From Candidatus Bathyarchaeota archaeon (lineage in GTDB: Archaea > Thermoproteota > Bathyarchaeia > Bathyarchaeales > Bathycorpusculaceae): a stretch of 64,000 bases of DNA. Both the position numbers and the translations under genes were made by a program. Shown in pieces: positions 63,499 to 64,000 of this stretch (its first letter is position 1; every line of letters begins with the position of its first letter). The stretch covers positions 160,001 to 224,000 of the forward strand of contig CAVYES010000006.1 of NCBI GenBank assembly GCA_963767735.1, read 5' to 3'. The notes beneath the pieces were generated by a model. The model was not told the DNA's origin. It worked only from the letters and a program-made list of their open reading frames with translations, and did not search any database.

Positions 63499-64000
63499 GT
63501 GGTTGTAATTCCCAAAAAAATGTTAGTTATAGCTATTTTGGTTCTATTGCTTGCTTCATTGGTTTTTGCTTCCACCTTTCAGACAAATGCAACTGCACAA
63601 GTGAACACTAACACAACCTCCAACCTTGGCAATTTGAATTCGTACGATTGGCCCGAGTTTCAAGGTGATTCTTCTTTTGCGCGGTTCTCAGTGGGACCAG
63701 CTCCTGACACATCAAATATACTTTGGAAAGCTAAGGTAACGGGAATACAGCCCTACCTCGCAGCCTTTGACGGAATGATTTTCGCTTGCACCAACACTTC
63801 AGTCGTTGCACTTGACCAATCAGGAAACATCGTTTGGAAAACAGCAATTCCGATGAATAGAACTTGGCCGATAGCGTACGAAATCGATAGTTCACACATG
63901 ATCGTGGAAGGTACTTGTCTTGATCCAAACACGGGAAGTATATTGTGGACTAGCACTTCGTTCAGCGCAGATACTGGTATTTTCAGCGCCAACGTCTACA
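63499..64000 (+). CDS. second exported PQQ-like beta-propeller protein, runs off the window
   Basis: Open frame from GTG 63499 / ATG 63520 to the window end: signal peptide, YDWPEFQGD, GPAP...ILWK, ALDQSGNIVW, CLDPNTGSILW. Confidence 0.85.
   Translation, partial: MVVIPKKMLVIAILVLLLASLVFASTFQTNATAQVNTNTTSNLGNLNSYDWPEFQGDSSFARFSVGPAPDTSNILWKAKVTGIQPYLAAFDGMIFACTNTSVVALDQSGNIVWKTAIPMNRTWPIAYEIDSSHMIVEGTCLDPNTGSILWTSTSFSADTGIFSANVY

Noticed and set aside
63495-63611. 38-aa Cys-rich ORF (MGGCNSQKNVSYSYFGSIACFIGFCFHLSDKCNCTSEH) next to the SPASM gene, tempting as a RiPP precursor
   Set aside because: It overlaps the propeller signal-peptide coding region in another frame; Cys codons arise naturally from shifted Leu/Ala codons. 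No independent support.
59846-64000. Canonical PQQ biosynthesis or quinoprotein dehydrogenase operon
   Set aside because: No pqqA (ExxxY peptide), pqqB, pqqC or pqqD is visible, and the complete propeller lacks dehydrogenase active-site features.

Overview
Archaeal chromosomal DNA, most consistent with Bathyarchaeia (TACK). This is an inference from gene content: KEOPS genes, TFE alpha plus an RPC34/TFE-beta-like protein, an arcadin-1-like gene, a tungsten AOR and large PQQ-like beta-propeller surface proteins. About 4.9-54.2 kb is conserved housekeeping DNA (translation, tRNA/rRNA modification, proteasome beta, CDC48, FEN1, glmS, proS, thrS, the mbf1-hflX-trm56-tfe cluster). Between about 18 and 46 kb many genes, including essential ones, are broken by mostly +1 insertions, which looks like uncorrected long-read error rather than true pseudogenisation. 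Two accessory regions flank the core. The left one (1-4.9 kb) holds small hypothetical ORFs, a truncated type IV pilin, palindromes and a decayed tyrosine recombinase. The right one (54.3-64 kb) holds two microproteins missed by the ORF track (one a C2H2-like finger with Asp in place of the second Cys), a degenerate tRNA-Val-like relic and a 10-bp phased repeat array. It also contains the best candidate for an undescribed system: a NirJ/Ahb-like radical SAM/SPASM enzyme and a divergent HemN-like radical SAM enzyme clustered with exported PQQ-like beta-propellers and a putative clan-CD protease-like/PepSY pair. No rRNA, intact tRNA or CRISPR array was seen. All calls are by eye; no searches were run.
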